The notes under the pieces were generated by a model. It saw nothing but the letters and a program-made list of their open reading frames with translations, was not told the origin of the DNA and did no database searches. A program made the position numbers and the translations under genes. 64,000 nt of DNA, taken from positions 289,815-353,814 of the forward strand of contig NIVC01001130.1 in assembly GCA_002269645.1 (NCBI GenBank), written 5' to 3'. Numbering within the stretch: the stretch's first letter is position 1; each line of letters begins with the position of its first letter. Shown here piece by piece: positions 27,585 through 42,718 of this stretch. This stretch comes from Macrostomum lignano. Its lineage: Eukaryota.

Positions 27585-28385
27585 ATGCGGCCAGTCCGCT
27601 GGAATCGGCAGCGCCTGGTCCGCCTGGCGCTGGCCGCCCTGGCCTCCCTGTTGCTGGCCGCCTGGCTCTGCTACGCCTTGCTGAGCTCCGAGGCCGCCGA
27701 CTCCGCCGCTGCCAAGCGCTACTTAACTGGCTACAATGCCGAAGGTCTCGTCCAGGATGTCTACAACTTTCCTGACTTGGCTAGCGGCCAGCGGCGCTTT
27801 CGGCCTCGTCAGTCGACGCCTGCGACGACGCCGACGTCAATGCCGACGTTGGCTGCGGCTGCTGCCCGTCCGCGCACGCCGGCTCCGACCAGGCGCTACG
27901 GAGTGCTGAAGCCTACCAGCCGACCCCGACCGACCCGCCCCCCGCCCGACCTGTTTGCTGCGCGAATTCCACCAGGCGGCCAGATGTACGCCGTGCCCGA
28001 TGTACCCGGTCGCCACATTGGCCAGCTAGTCGACGATGGCCGTCGCGCCGAGCTGTTGGCCTGGGCAGAGCGTCTGTTTGCCGATTGCGGCGGCTCGCTG
28101 CGCTCGGTGCCAGCGCCGTCCGGCGTCGCTCTGACCGCAGCGACAGCGCCGCCGCTAGCCAACGGCCTGATTGGCCACCGGCCGTTTGTTGAGCGCCACA
28201 TGTTTGTTGACGGAGCGTTCACCGCGACCGGCTACCGTCTGCGGGTGCCGCAGCTGGCCTACCGCAATATCAGCCTGGTGTCCACGCCGGCCGACGGTCG
28301 GCTGCGCCACCGGCTGGACTTCTTGGCGCCGTTCGGCCAGCTGGTGCAGACCATCGCCACTGCTGACAGCGTGGTGGAGCAGCGG
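27585..28385 (+). CDS. GH65/PGGHG(ATHL1)-like protein exon 1: N-terminal TM anchor, Pro/Thr-rich stem, start of GH65 N-domain
   Basis: RLVRLALAALASLLLAAWLCYALL hydrophobic segment; PPLANGLIGHRP; donor GTGGGT at 28386 (phase 0). Confidence 0.8.
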
Positions 28386-28399
28386 GTGGGTGCATATGC

Positions 28400-28411
28400 A
28401 GACAGACAGAC

Positions 28412-28486
<75 letters not shown>

Positions 28487-28528
28487 TAGATACAGACAGA
28501 CAGACAGACAGACAGATACAGACAGACA
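28400..28528. repeat. (GACA)n microsatellite in GH65-like intron 1
   Basis: Direct. Confidence 0.97.
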
Positions 28529-28599
28529 GGCGAGCACTAAGTGCTGTGCCCCATGCTCTGCGAGAACCCTTTACCGATTTACTCTAAAAACCACTCCAG

Positions 28600-28815
28600 A
28601 TCTACGCGCACGCTCTGTTGCCAACGGTGCTGGTGCACGAGGTCGACATCCTGCGCAAGCTGGGCCACGTCGACTTGACCACCGGGTTCACCGTCACCTT
28701 TGAACGCGAATGGTCAATGCCGGATGGCGTGGAGGTTACGCAACTGACGCTGCGCAACGAAACACTGCGCAGGCGACTTGGCCAGAACGCCAGGGTGCTA
28801 CAGATTTCTACTCCT
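28600..28815 (+). CDS. GH65-like exon 2 (IYAHALLPTVLVHEV...)
   Basis: AG at 28598-28599, GTGAGT at 28816; QR|IYAH motif spans the junction as in ATHL1-type proteins. Confidence 0.8.
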
Positions 28816-28899
28816 GTGAGTGACCCAACACTCTACTACTAATAGTAGCACTAATACTAATAGTAATTTGCCGATTGTAATACAAACAGGGAAATAGAC

Positions 28900-29060
<161 letters not shown>

Positions 29061-29076
29061 GTGCTAAATTTTCCAG

Positions 29077-29234
29077 GAACTTTCCACCCGCCGCGGCGCC
29101 CAAGTCTATGTTGTATTCGACCAGCTGCCCCAAGATTTGGAGGCGCCGCGGGGCAAGCACCGCTCTCGCGCCACTTTTCTACAGTCTAGCGCGCCAAATT
29201 TGGGCGACGCGCTGGCCGGATACCTGGCGGCCAG
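29077..29234 (+). CDS. GH65-like exon 3
   Basis: AG at 29075-29076, GTGAGC at 29235, phases consistent. Confidence 0.78.
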
Positions 29235-29320
29235 GTGAGCTGCGGGAAATTTAGGCTGTTGGGGATTTGCGACTTGTTTATTGATTGGGATTCAATTGGC
29301 ACGTATTTTGCCAATTCTAG

Positions 29321-30980
29321 GCGCCTCACGAAAGCGCCGGCAGTGAGCGGCGGCGCCGGTAGCCTCAGCGACCGTCTTGGCGAGGCTCACCTGTCCGCCT
29401 GGCGCGCCGTCTGGCTGGAGTCGGGCCTGCTGGCAGACGAAGGCATCGGTGGCCACCTGTGTCGGCGCCTGCTGGCCGCTCAGCAGCAGCTGCTGTCCAG
29501 CCTGCCGCTCTATCGGCGCCTGACGCCGCCGGCAGCGCTGCGCTCTGGCCGGCTGCCGGCCTACAGCGGTTTGGCCTTCAACGGCCTGTCGGACGAGGCT
29601 GCCCGGGTCACCTTCGACCAGGACTTGTGGTCGGTCAGCTACCTGGCCCTGACTGCGCCAGCCATGGCCGCTGAGCTGCTGGCTGGCCGAGCCGCCCAAC
29701 TGCCCGGCGCCATGGCCCGCGCCAATCGGACCGGCTGGTCCGGCGCCCGCTACTGCGCTGAGCCGCTGCTGCAGGCGGCTGCTCCCGGCGGCCAGTGCCA
29801 CCCCAAGCCGCTGCTGCACTCGGACCCGGAGCGAGATGATCACGTGACTGGCGACGTGGCAATCGGCGCCGCCGCCTACCTCATGGCTACCGGACGGCGT
29901 GCAGACCGCCTGGCCAGCCTCGGCCGCCGCATTGTGCTGGAGGCGGCCAGGTACTATGCTAGCCGGACCGTGGGCTCCGGCCTGCTGTCCGCTGGCAGCG
30001 GCAAAGATCGCCGCCGCCGCCGCCGCAAGCTGGTTGGCACCGCCTTCTCTGTGGGCGTTGCCAAGCGGTCGCTGGTCCTGCCCGAGCTGCTGGGCGGCGG
30101 CGGCGGCAACAATGCAACCAGCAGCCTGGCCAAGCTGTCCAGACAGCTCCGCTTGCCGCAGCAGCGTGACGGCGGCGACGACAGCAGCGGTGACGGCGTC
30201 TTTCATCCTGACGTGGCGCCGATCGCCGGTGGCGCCGTCCGCTTCGGCCCGGCCATGCTGCCATTCCCGGTTGGCTTGGCGCTGCCTCGGCCGGCGCTTC
30301 GGCGCGACCTCCTGGCTTATGCCGGCGCCCTGCTGGCCGCTGGCGGCGCCGACCCGCCCGTCCCGCTGCTGGCCGCTACCGCCGTTGCGTGGCTGCGGCT
30401 TGGCCAGCCCAAACGAGCCTGGGCCGCCCTTCGAGCCGCTCTGCCAGCATGCAGCGGCCCGGCCGGCTGCACTCAGCAAGCGACTGGCGGCCCGGCGCCG
30501 GCTCCGCACAATGCCGCGCCGTTGCTAAGCGCGGCGCTGTTCGGCTACGCGGGTGCCCGCCTGACCGGCCCCAATGGCCTCGTGCTCGGGCCCTGCGCCC
30601 TGCCGCCCGGTGTTGGGCGGCTCCGCCTGTTTGGCCTGCATTTCCATGGCAACCGGCTGGCCTTGGAGGTGTCGGACGGCAGCTTGACTGTCCGGCTGGC
30701 CGGTTGGTCGGCTCGCCGGCCCGACAAGCTGTCCGTGGCCGATTCGCTGGCGTCGAGGCCGCTGCAAAAAATTGGCGCCTTGGTGCGGACCGCCTGCGAC
30801 TCGGAGCTGCGCATCGTGGCTGAGCCTGTTGACGCGGCCGAAAGTGCCGGGGAAGCCAGCGACGCCGAGTACTCGACAGCTGCTCGTGGCCTTGCCAGCG
30901 TCAACGCCGTGGCATTCGACAAATCGTTTGCCGCTGATTTTCTCGCCGGCGAGAGTGAAGCAGCCAAGCAGGCTGCTTAG
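29321..30980 (+). CDS. GH65-like exon 4: (alpha/alpha)6 barrel-like domain and C-terminal beta domain
   Basis: HLSAWRAVW, TFDQDLWS, RANRTGWSGARY, DHVTGDVAIGAAAYLMATG, LLSAALFGYAG, LFGLHFHGNRLALEV follow the GH65/PGGHG motif order; joined CDS 2835 nt = 944 aa. Confidence 0.82.
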
Positions 30981-31153
30981 AAGAGAGAAGGTTTAGGGAT
31001 CCAAATCCCCCGTAGAGTTGTTGCCGAGCTGTTCCGTGACCGCGAACGTTACCGTGACCAGAATCGCTAAAGAGTCATTGCTAACGACTCACTAGTGACT
31101 CTAGCGACTCTTGTGACTTTTTAACGGCTCAATGTCGTTAATGCTTGTCGTTT

Positions 31154-31320
31154 TGGGTTGTAGCCTAGTTGAAGGTCGGGGGTTCGATTCCCAATCCCAA
31201 TTGGAACAGTTGTGTCCTTGAGCAAGACACTTATAACTCTGCATTGCTTCAGTTCACCCAGCTATAAAATGGGTGCCAGCATTAGCTGGGGTAATTAGGG
31301 TGTGTGTGGCGACCCCCCCA
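31154..31320 (+). mobile_element. tRNA-derived SINE (Meta-domain-like core)
   Basis: Box A tagcctagttg (31161), box B ggttcgattcc (31181), then gttgtgtccttgagcaagacactt...cacccagctataaaatgggtgcc core typical of metazoan SINEs. Confidence 0.6.
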
Positions 31321-32434
31321 GTCCTTGGACTGAACAGCCGTACGCAGCCTTCAGATGCGCCGCGCAATAGCTGCGGCTGAGCTGTCGGTTGCACATCTGC
31401 CCATTATTATCGACCTAAACGACTGAAATGCGACGTAGAGGCGACTTTTGAGTCGCGAGCGCATCACGTGAGTTGCGGAATCGTAAAAGAGTCGCAAAAA
31501 AGTCTGTTTTAAAAAAACACGCGCATTGCAATAATGATAAAGATTTCGGGGAGACTTTGCAAGCTTTTACTGTCAATATTTGAACTTGTATTATATTTCC
31601 TCTTTGTTATTGAGCCATGTGCGTGAGTTGTGTTTGTCAGGCTTCCTAATGATTTAATGACACTGGTATAGGCTAAGCGCATTTAAAATCATGCTAATAA
31701 TTAGTGTTTATTCTCCGCTCTTATCGAAGGTTTGTGAGCTGCGAAACGCGGTGCTTTAAATACATTCCTAATTGATTGCTTTTTATTCAATAATTTTACT
31801 TATATTTATCGTTAAAATCACGTTATTTCTACTGTTAGTAGCCAATTCGCAAAATTGAAATATACGATGTAATTAATTTTGGTTTTTTGGCAGCTTGTAG
31901 ATGGTCAGTTTCCAAGCAGCAATAACAATGCAATTAACAAATTTGAACAGCAATACAAGTTTTGCTTTGCTTTGGGTCACTAGGCTACACACGTGATCGG
32001 TAAGTGAGTTTGTTCTGTCAACACCGGAGAGGCATACGATATCAAATTTTAATAGAACTTGGCGCGTTGACTTTTGCAAACTTCTAACTGCTGCTGTGGG
32101 AATTCGGCTTTGCTAAATTTGTCTGTTTATTTAAGCAGATTTTAACCCGAGTGTTCGAGGCGGAGAAATCTGCAGCTTTTTCGCGTTTGTTGGCTTCTCG
32201 AATTAATATTGGGATGGCCGCTGAGCAAACCTGACTACGAGTAGCTGTAGGTAGTCAAGAGGTGCCAAACATTTCGACTTGTAGGACAGCTGGGAGTTAA
32301 TTTGTCAGCAGAGCATTGCTATCGCTGATTAATTAATTATATAATCATTTAGTAACTACATGTAGGTATTTTAATTGAGGATCATTTTTATTATGTTTAA
32401 TTTATTAGATAGATGGCTACATTGTATAGATTAA

Positions 32435-32556
32435 TAGATAGATGGATAGATAGGTAGATAGATAGATACATAGATAGATAGAAACATAGATAGAAAGATA
32501 GATCGATAGATAGATAGACAGATCGATAGATAGATAGATAGATAGATAGACAGATC

Positions 32557-32594
<38 letters not shown>

Positions 32595-32648
32595 AACATA
32601 GATAGAAAGATAGATCGATAGATAGATAGATAGATAGATAGACAGATC

Positions 32649-32680
<32 letters not shown>

Positions 32681-32701
32681 TATACATACATAGATAGATA
32701 C

Positions 32702-32748
<47 letters not shown>

Positions 32749-32785
32749 CATAGATAGATACATAGATAGATACATAGATAGATAC

Positions 32786-32840
<55 letters not shown>

Positions 32841-32853
32841 CATAGATAGATAC

Positions 32854-32903
<50 letters not shown>

Positions 32904-32955
32904 GGATAGATAGACAGATCGATAGATAGCTGGATAGATTGATTGATAGATAGGT
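32435..32955. repeat. (GATA)n microsatellite
   Basis: Direct. Confidence 0.97.
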
Positions 32956-33764
32956 ACGATGAATCATTAGAACCTCTACGACGGCTCCTACATGTACATG
33001 TATATTTAGTGCAAATTTTCGTTTTAAAGACAATATAGACAAAAGTTTGCATTGGTGCTACTCATTTGCGAGCACTCGGTAAAAGTAGTATACAGCTGCA
33101 CTGCTATCGGACACATATCGCATAGTTTGAGCTGACTGCCGATCGCAGCTCCCCCCCCGAGTAACTCATTAGCTGATATAATTGCCTTAAAAGCTCCCGC
33201 AGTGCGTTTGTTTAATCAAATGCAAGCAATTTTATTGCTTTAATCGCTTGCCTGACATCAAAGAGTCAAACGGAGTCGCTGGTTTTGTCAGAAAAAATTT
33301 TCCCTGGATCTTGGCCTTCAGTTTGTTCAGCATTCTCCAACCAATCGATTTTCAACTTCAAATCCCAATTTATATGGTTTAGCATATTTAAGTAAATGAG
33401 ATTTAGTCAACTGGTTGTTGGGTAAACATTTCAATTGTGGCAGAACAGAAGTTGCCTTCGTTTTTCCGTAGGTGCCCTCTCATGTTATCAGAGGGAGACA
33501 ATTTCCAAAAATTAATGTCCCGGTCGTTATAGTTCTAACTGGGACAAAGTCCGGGTATTATTGGCTGAGCTGAGCAAACAGTATTGAATAAATTAGGACT
33601 TGGAGTTTTTGATTATTAGAGATTAAAAACAGCTTAATGAATAAGTCCCCTAAGTGGCTGTGCTATTGTGTATATTAATGACAAATGTTTTTTTTCGAAT
33701 CAGGCACAATTTTAAATGAATTAGTAATTCCCTCAGCCTCCCAGTTTGGGATTTTGGTGCTGCA

Positions 33765-33985
33765 GCTACTCTTCCAGCTTCCCAGATTGAATATCCTGCA
33801 GATGAAGCTACTCTTCCAGCTTCCCATATTGAATATCCTGCAGATGAAGCTACTCTTCCAGCTTCCCATATTGAATATCCTGCAGATGAAGCTACTCTTG
33901 CAGCTTCCCAGATTGAATATCCTGCAGATGAAGCTACTCTTCCAGCTTCCCAGATTTATCATTCTGCAGATGAAGCTTCCAGCTT
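33765..33985. repeat. 42-bp minisatellite, ~5 copies (gctactcttccagcttccca(g/t)attgaatatcctgcagatgaa)
   Basis: Direct. Confidence 0.9.
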
Positions 33986-34727
33986 CCCGCCTTACAGTAA
34001 TCTATGCAAAAATGACATCAGTTGATCCGAGAAGTTTCAATTGAGATGCATTGGCGCGCATGTCACTTTAATCCGGTAGTGACTCCCTGTGTGTCCTGCA
34101 CTTGGAGGCGCGGTGCCCCCCCCCCCCCGCTTACACATGTGCAACTTGTACCAGCGCCCCGGCAGCACCGTGTGTGTTCCACATGAAAGTCGGTGTTTGC
34201 CTACTCGAAAAAATATCCAAATAATACATATAGATATGTTTTTCAAGTCCTTTAAAGAAAAACATTTTACACTGTCTGGTGCGGCGCGGGTGTCGGACGG
34301 CCAGACTCCTTGGCGCCGATTGTCAAACTGGCGCGGGTTTAAGCCTTTTCTCTGCCACCCACCTATCCATCCACCCACATGTGGGCCAGTTAGAGAGACG
34401 AGTGTAAAGATTATTGAAGTAACGCCAGCATGTCAGTTCAATTGTTAAATATGTATATAGAGAGATGGTGAGGCAACAAGATGACACACATGCGGGGGCT
34501 GCTGGCCAATATTGAGCAGCTGTGTATGTATACATGTTTGCAGTATTTGAGGCCGAAGGAGCCGTCTGTAGGTCCTGTTGGCAAGCAAGAAGCTAAATTA
34601 GGGGATGCTGCAAGATGAGCATGCAAAAGATGACCGTGTGTGAATATCCTGTTTTGTCGCCGCTGAGTCGTGGAAGCCCAACACGACCCCTGGTTCGATT
34701 CCGTGTGCAGCCGCATTCATTTGGGTG

Positions 34728-36793
<2,066 letters not shown>

Positions 36794-37564
36794 ATAGATT
36801 CAAATAAACTAAGCGTCGAATAAGTTTCCCCTTACAGTCCCGACACACTCGAGGAGCCATAGTGCTCCATGGCTGGGCCAAGGGCCAATTGAGCAACTGC
36901 ATTTGCCTAGTTTCCAATGCTCTGGCCTACGTACGAGAAAACATGCTAGCAGAGCTGCCACACAGCTAACTGGACTCTTTAACTTATAAAGCAGTTAGCA
37001 TTCTGACCTTGTTGCCAGCGCCGCTCTCTCACAACAAACAGACTGTGCGGTAGGCTTACTCGCTGCCTTGGTCTCTGACTCTGCTTTCACCCTCCCCGCA
37101 TCCATGCAGAGCTTTTGACTGACAACGGGGAGCAGCCAGAGCCCAGACAACTGATGGATGAGTTGGGCGGGTGACCCCCCCTAGCGGCCCGCGGTATCGC
37201 TTGCACAAAACTACAAAGTTGCAGAACAATTGCCAATTCAATCTGGGCCAGGCCAATTATTCTTATTTTAGAAATTTTCTAAAAGAGTCTTTGTTCAGCA
37301 ACAGAGACTTCACATCCGAGTAACAAAGTTTATATTCAGCAGGTTGCTGTCAGTCACGAGTCTCAGTTTTGAATGCTTCCGATGTTTGGCTGTTCTGTTC
37401 CACAGGCCGAGGCAGGCTTGAATTTAGAAGCACAAAAAACTGTATCAGTTTCTTGCCACCTTTTTGCCAGAATATTGTATGCTTTTGTATTGTTCAAGAG
37501 CAGAAACTGTGCAGAATAAATTGTGCTTTTCGGTTGGAGAGAGCTCGGTTACAGTCGCGGCTTC

Positions 37565-38270
37565 AGCCTATAGATAATATCCCCAATCAAGACCTAACTC
37601 CATAGATAATACCCCCAATCAAGACCTAACTCCATAGATAATACCCCAATCAAGACCTAACTCCATAGATAATACCGCCAATCAAGACCTAACTCCACGT
37701 CCATAGATAATACCCCCAATCAAGATATAACTCCATAGATAATACCCCCAATCAATACCTAACTCCATAGATAATACCCCCAATCAATACCTAACTCCAT
37801 AGATAATACCCCCAATCAAGACCTAACTCCATAGATAATACCCCCAATCAAGACCCAAATCGATAGATAATACCCCCAATCAAGACCTAACTCCATAGAT
37901 AATACCCCAATCAAGACCCAAATCCATAGATAATACCCCTAATCAAGACCCCAAATCCATAGATAATACCCTTAATCAAGTCCTAACTCCATATATAACA
38001 CCCTTAATCAAGACATATCTCCATATACAATACCCTTAATCAAGAACTAACTCCATAGATAATACCCTTAATCAAGAACTATCTCTATAGATAATACCCT
38101 TAATCGAGAACTAACTCGATAGAATTTACCCCTAATCAAAACATAACTCTATAGATAATATCCCTAATCGGGACTTAACTCCATAGATAATGCCCCTAAC
38201 CGAGAACTAATTTTATAGATAATACCCCTAATCGAGAACTAACTCCATAGATAATTCCCCTAATCGAGAC
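37565..38270. repeat. ~32-bp minisatellite (ccatagataatacccccaatcaagacctaact), degenerating rightwards
   Basis: Direct. Confidence 0.9.
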
Positions 38271-39231
38271 CTCACACCATCGAGGCCTGCACCTCAACAG
38301 AAAATCCCTTCGGTTTGTTGAGTAACCAGTTCTCTCCGCAGCAATTGTAGAGCAAAAATGCAATTAAAAAGCGCCGCTTGAGTAGCCGATGGATCGACCG
38401 TCGAGCCAGCAGTCTGCGAGAAATAATTTTGCGCCTTTCTGACAGGTTGATTGGAAATCCTCTCTGGCGCCAAGCAAGACTCATAAAAGTCGAATCGAGT
38501 ATACGGGAAAGCAGCCAGGCTTGCAGTGAATACAGAATTGCAATGTGGGCAAGCTCATAAATCAATCATTGGACTGTAATAATTGCTGGCTCGGTCCAAT
38601 ATCTCAAAATTCAAGTGCAGTTGAGCATCGGACCCACGCATCTTTGGTTTTTATTTGAGGTCGCAGATTCGTTCGCCAGTTTTAATTGCTCAGCAACTGC
38701 GAATGACCTGTTTGCCACACCTGATTGATTCGTTTTCGGTTGAAAAAAATACCCACGCAATAAGTACTTTTGTTTAGGTTTCCGTAAAGCTTACACATTA
38801 AATAAATATATTCAATAGTTATACATCGTTTAATATTTGTAGATAAACAGATAGACTAATTTACATTCACGCAAGTATAAGCTATAGTTATAAATATTTA
38901 GCCAGATTAGGTTAACAAGAACAGCGAATTGATTTTGACTAACTAAAAAACTACACATTGAATATCAGTGCGCACTGTTCTATGCAGCTGAGCGAGTTGA
39001 ACACGGTCGCTGACGGACCAACAGACAGGCTGACAGACGCTTAGAGAATAATTGAAGACAAACAAAGAGTGCGAAGCATGCGACAACGGTTTATCGATGA
39101 CTGCATCATGTTATAGGACAAATAAGATTGCATAGTTTGGGGAGTTGGGTCGAATCGCTGTGTTTGAAAACTTTGTTCCTTCTGATTCACGAGACGCTAC
39201 TCGTTCGGGGCCTGGGAATCATCTCTGCTGT

Positions 39232-40225
39232 TTAATCTGTCGACGAAATTGAGCTGGCCGGCGGTAGCGACATCTGCGACAGAGGCGGCATCGGCGGCTG
39301 ATGAAGGTGCGCCGGCAGCGGCGGCGGCGGCGGCTGCAGCGGGTGCGGCCTCGGCAGGCCGCCATTCGAAGAGGAGGAGGCGGCGGCGGCGGCTGCAGCA
39401 GCGGCAGCGGCGGCGGCGGCGGCAGCAGGCGCGAACAGGCCGGCGGCCGAGTAAGGCGGCGGTGGCGGCGCCAAGCCAGCGGCGGCGCCAGAGCAGATTG
39501 GCTGCTGGCCGAGGAACTGCGAGAACACGGGATGGTAGGGGAACGGCAGCGGCAGGCTGCGCGCAGGGCCGGACGCCGGCCCGGTTGCGGAGAACAGTGG
39601 ATCGGCGCCGAACAGGGCCGGCGGGAAGCCGCCGGGCTGCCCGGCCGCTGCCAGGCTGACTGGCGGGAGGCCGCCCGACTCGGTCAGGTAGGGCCGGAAC
39701 AGCGCGCCCGGGCTGCCTAGCATCGGCCCGAAGCTGCCGCCGCCGCTGCCACTGCTGACGCCGACTTGGCCAGGGCGGTCCTTCATGCGGCCGCCGCCCC
39801 GCCGCCGCTGCCGCCCTTCTTCGATGCTGACCGTCGACCTTCGCCTCCGCCGCCGGCCATCTCCCTGGCCTGCTGGGCGGCCTCTTTGATCGGTATGCTC
39901 GGGTTGCTAAGGACTCGTTCGATCGCTTTGACAACGTCGCCATCGGTGGCGGCGAGCACCGACTGCAGAGTGTCGAGCTTCACCGTCGGGAACACGCGGC
40001 TGAGCATGCCGAGGCCCTGAGCAGCAGCCGCCGCCGCCGCTGCAGCCGCAGCAGCAGCTGTCACGTGACCTGCTTCATTGTTCTCGCCGTCCTCATCGTC
40101 TTTGTCGGCGGCATTGTCGTCGTCAGCATCGTCGACAACTGCTGGAACTTCGTCGGAGTCGGCTGCAGAGGCGGAAGACCGGGCTCGCTTGGCCGGGTGC
40201 CGGTGCTGGCACGCAGCCTCGCTGC
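39232..40225 (-). CDS. dmrt: Dmrt exon 3: DMA domain plus Ala/Gly/Pro-rich C-terminus (apparent 1-nt deletion at ~39798; as-read stop at 39783)
   Basis: AG acceptor at 40226-40227; LSRVFPTVKLDTLQSVLAATDGDVVKAIERVL = DMA domain; downstream frame MKDRPG...SSTD continues after a ggc ggc gg-ggc lesion. Confidence 0.85.
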
Positions 40226-41916
40226 CTGAACAGTTGAAAGCGATTGAACAATAGAAGATTTGATTGCTGCAACCCGACCCCTCAGCGCTCTGTGCAACTT
40301 CATAGGCATGTCAGTGGGGATTCCGATTTGTGTGCAAATTAAAAAAGAGAGGCAATCGTTGATGAGGCATTGCTGTATATTGTTTCACAACCGCAGCGGA
40401 GGAGAGAGAGGCGCGGTTGTTTGCCTTCAGCCGCAGCAATGCGATAATTCACTGGCTCCCATGGCCGGGTCCTAAAATCCAAAACAGAAGATTGGAGTGG
40501 CGGATTTTCCCCATGGAGAGAGGATGGGAATGAGGTAAGGGTTATACGGGCTAAAAATCTTTGATGAAGCAGCGGGGAGGCTGCAGCAGCGGCTCGCACT
40601 TGACACTTCATAGCCACTTCTTAGCCCGGAGGAGGGGGAGGCAGCGGCCATAAGTGTCCGAACTGAATGCCAGCTCTTGAAGCATGCTGAATCAAGACAC
40701 ACTTAAAGACACCGCCCTTCGGCTGTAGCTCCCAGACTCCCCTCCCACCTGCAGCTCGCTTCATCATTTCTCTCTCTCCCTTCGCCTCTTCTCCCTTTTG
40801 CGCTACAAAAACAAAGCAAGCAGAAGCTCCAGTTTGCCCCTCCCCGCAAGTTAAAAATGCAAAAAACTTTCTTGATAATTTCTTTACCAAATTCCAACTG
40901 ACTGGCATTCGCTAAGCGGCTTGATGATAAAGATTTAGTGAGGATGCTGTGGAACTACCATAGCCATCCCCTCCAGTTCCAAATGCAGCGGTTTTCTGCT
41001 TCAAGTTGAAAGAAAGGAAACAAATATTCGGGTTACACCGGACCGCCCCCCCCCCAGATACCTATACAGATTGATGAAATCTCGGTGGATTCTGAACTGA
41101 TAGACAGCAGATTCGGCAAATATAGAGAGGTCTAACGGAAGTGGCCTTGCAGTTTAAGTGTCCGTGTGTGTATGTGTGTGTTTATCGACTGCTTGCTTAC
41201 AGCCTTAACAACTCAAGACCACCCTGTCTGTCTGTTCAATATAAGGGCCTTTTTAGGCTTTTTAGAGGATGGTTTTTGAGCATAGAGCTGACCCCACTTC
41301 CTCTTAGCCCATTGCGCTGCCGAAATGGACAGATTTTTTGCCCCATCAATTTGGCCCATCGAGTGGGCAAAAATCTTATTTCTGTCTCTTGTACCGTGTG
41401 GCTCCACCAACCCCCCCTCCCTGTCAACCGCTGTCGATGCTTGACTCTCAAGAGCGCTGCCTCCATGGGATATCCACTTCATAGGGGATAATTTTCCCCT
41501 TTTTTGTCGGCGTCATATCCCCATATTTCTGTAATCCCAATCCCAGAAGCTATCTAACCCCTCCAGTCAGTCAACCTCAAACTCGAAGAAGATTTACTTC
41601 AGTTCCGAGCGTCAAATTTTGTCGACAGGCAATTTTCGCGCAAAACCATTAAGGCATGGGTGAGAGGGCGCAATGCAGTTCCGCGCAGTTGACCAAATTG
41701 CCCAATAAGTTGGCCGTCTTCTCGCCTCAGTCCTCCAAATCCTGCTCAAAATCTGTCAACTTAACCGGCAGTATGAAGAGGTTCACACCCGAGCTCCCAC
41801 CTCCCCAAGCGATGGCTAATCCTGGCGGGATAATCGGCTGCTTGCTCAAATCTCAGTCCAGCCTCCGTATGCGGAGCGTTGCGTCATCTGGTTTGCCACT
41901 TGGAAGACTTTGCCAA

Positions 41917-42718
41917 CTAGCCTTTTTTCCAGGAATTCTCGCGCCAATGCTGATTTTAACACGACTCTAGCCTTTTTTCCAGGAATTCTCGCGCCAATGC
42001 TGATTTTAACACGACTCTAGCCTTTTTTCCACGAATTCTCGCGCCAATGCTGATTTTAACACGTCTCTAGCCTTTTTTCCAGGAATTCTCGCGCCAATGC
42101 TGATTTTAACACGTCTCTAGCCTTTTTTCCAGGAATTCTCGCGCCAATGCTGATTTTAACACGACTCTAGCCTTTTTTCCAGGAATTCTCGCGCCAATGC
42201 TGATTTTAACACGACTCTAGCCTTTTTTCCAGGAATTCTCGCGCCAATGCTGATTTTAACACGTCTCTAGCCTTTTTTCCAGGAATTCTCGCGCCAATGC
42301 TGATTTTAACACGTCTCTAGCCTTTTTTCCAGGAATTCTCGCGCCAATGCTGATTTTAACACGTCTCTAGCCTTTTTTCCAGGAATTCTCGCGCCAATGC
42401 TGATTTTAACACGTCTCTAGCCTTTTTTCCAGGAATTCTCGCGCCAATGCTGATTTTAACACGTCTCTAGCCTTTTTTCCAGGAATTCTCGCGCCAATGC
42501 TGATTTTAACACGTCTCTAGCCTTTTTTCCAGGAATTCTCGCGCCAATGCTGATTTTAACACGTCTCTAGCCTTTTTTCCAGGAATTCTCGCGCCAATGC
42601 TGATTTTAACACGACTCTAGCCTTTTTTCCAGGAATTCTCGCGCCAATGCTGATTTTAACACGTCTCTAGCCTTTTTTCCAGGAATTCTCGCGCCAATGC
42701 TGATTTTAACACGTCTCT
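41917..42718. repeat. 50-bp minisatellite, 16 copies, Dmrt intron 2
   Basis: Unit ctagccttttttccaggaattctcgcgccaatgctgattttaacacg(t/a)ct. Confidence 0.97.

Noticed and set aside
27496-27684. Out-of-frame uORF overlapping the GH65-like start
   Set aside because: A plausible acceptor (cgcag at 27521-27525) lies between the upstream ATG and the main ATG, so the upstream ATG is probably intronic or outron
29292-30967. Long antisense and alternate-frame ORFs over GC-rich exons (also over the LINE, Dmrt and TRPA)
   Set aside because: Expected shadow ORFs in high-GC coding DNA; no recognisable domains
34645-34715. Possible tRNA gene
   Set aside because: Only a B-box-like ggttcgattcc; no cloverleaf or A box could be built
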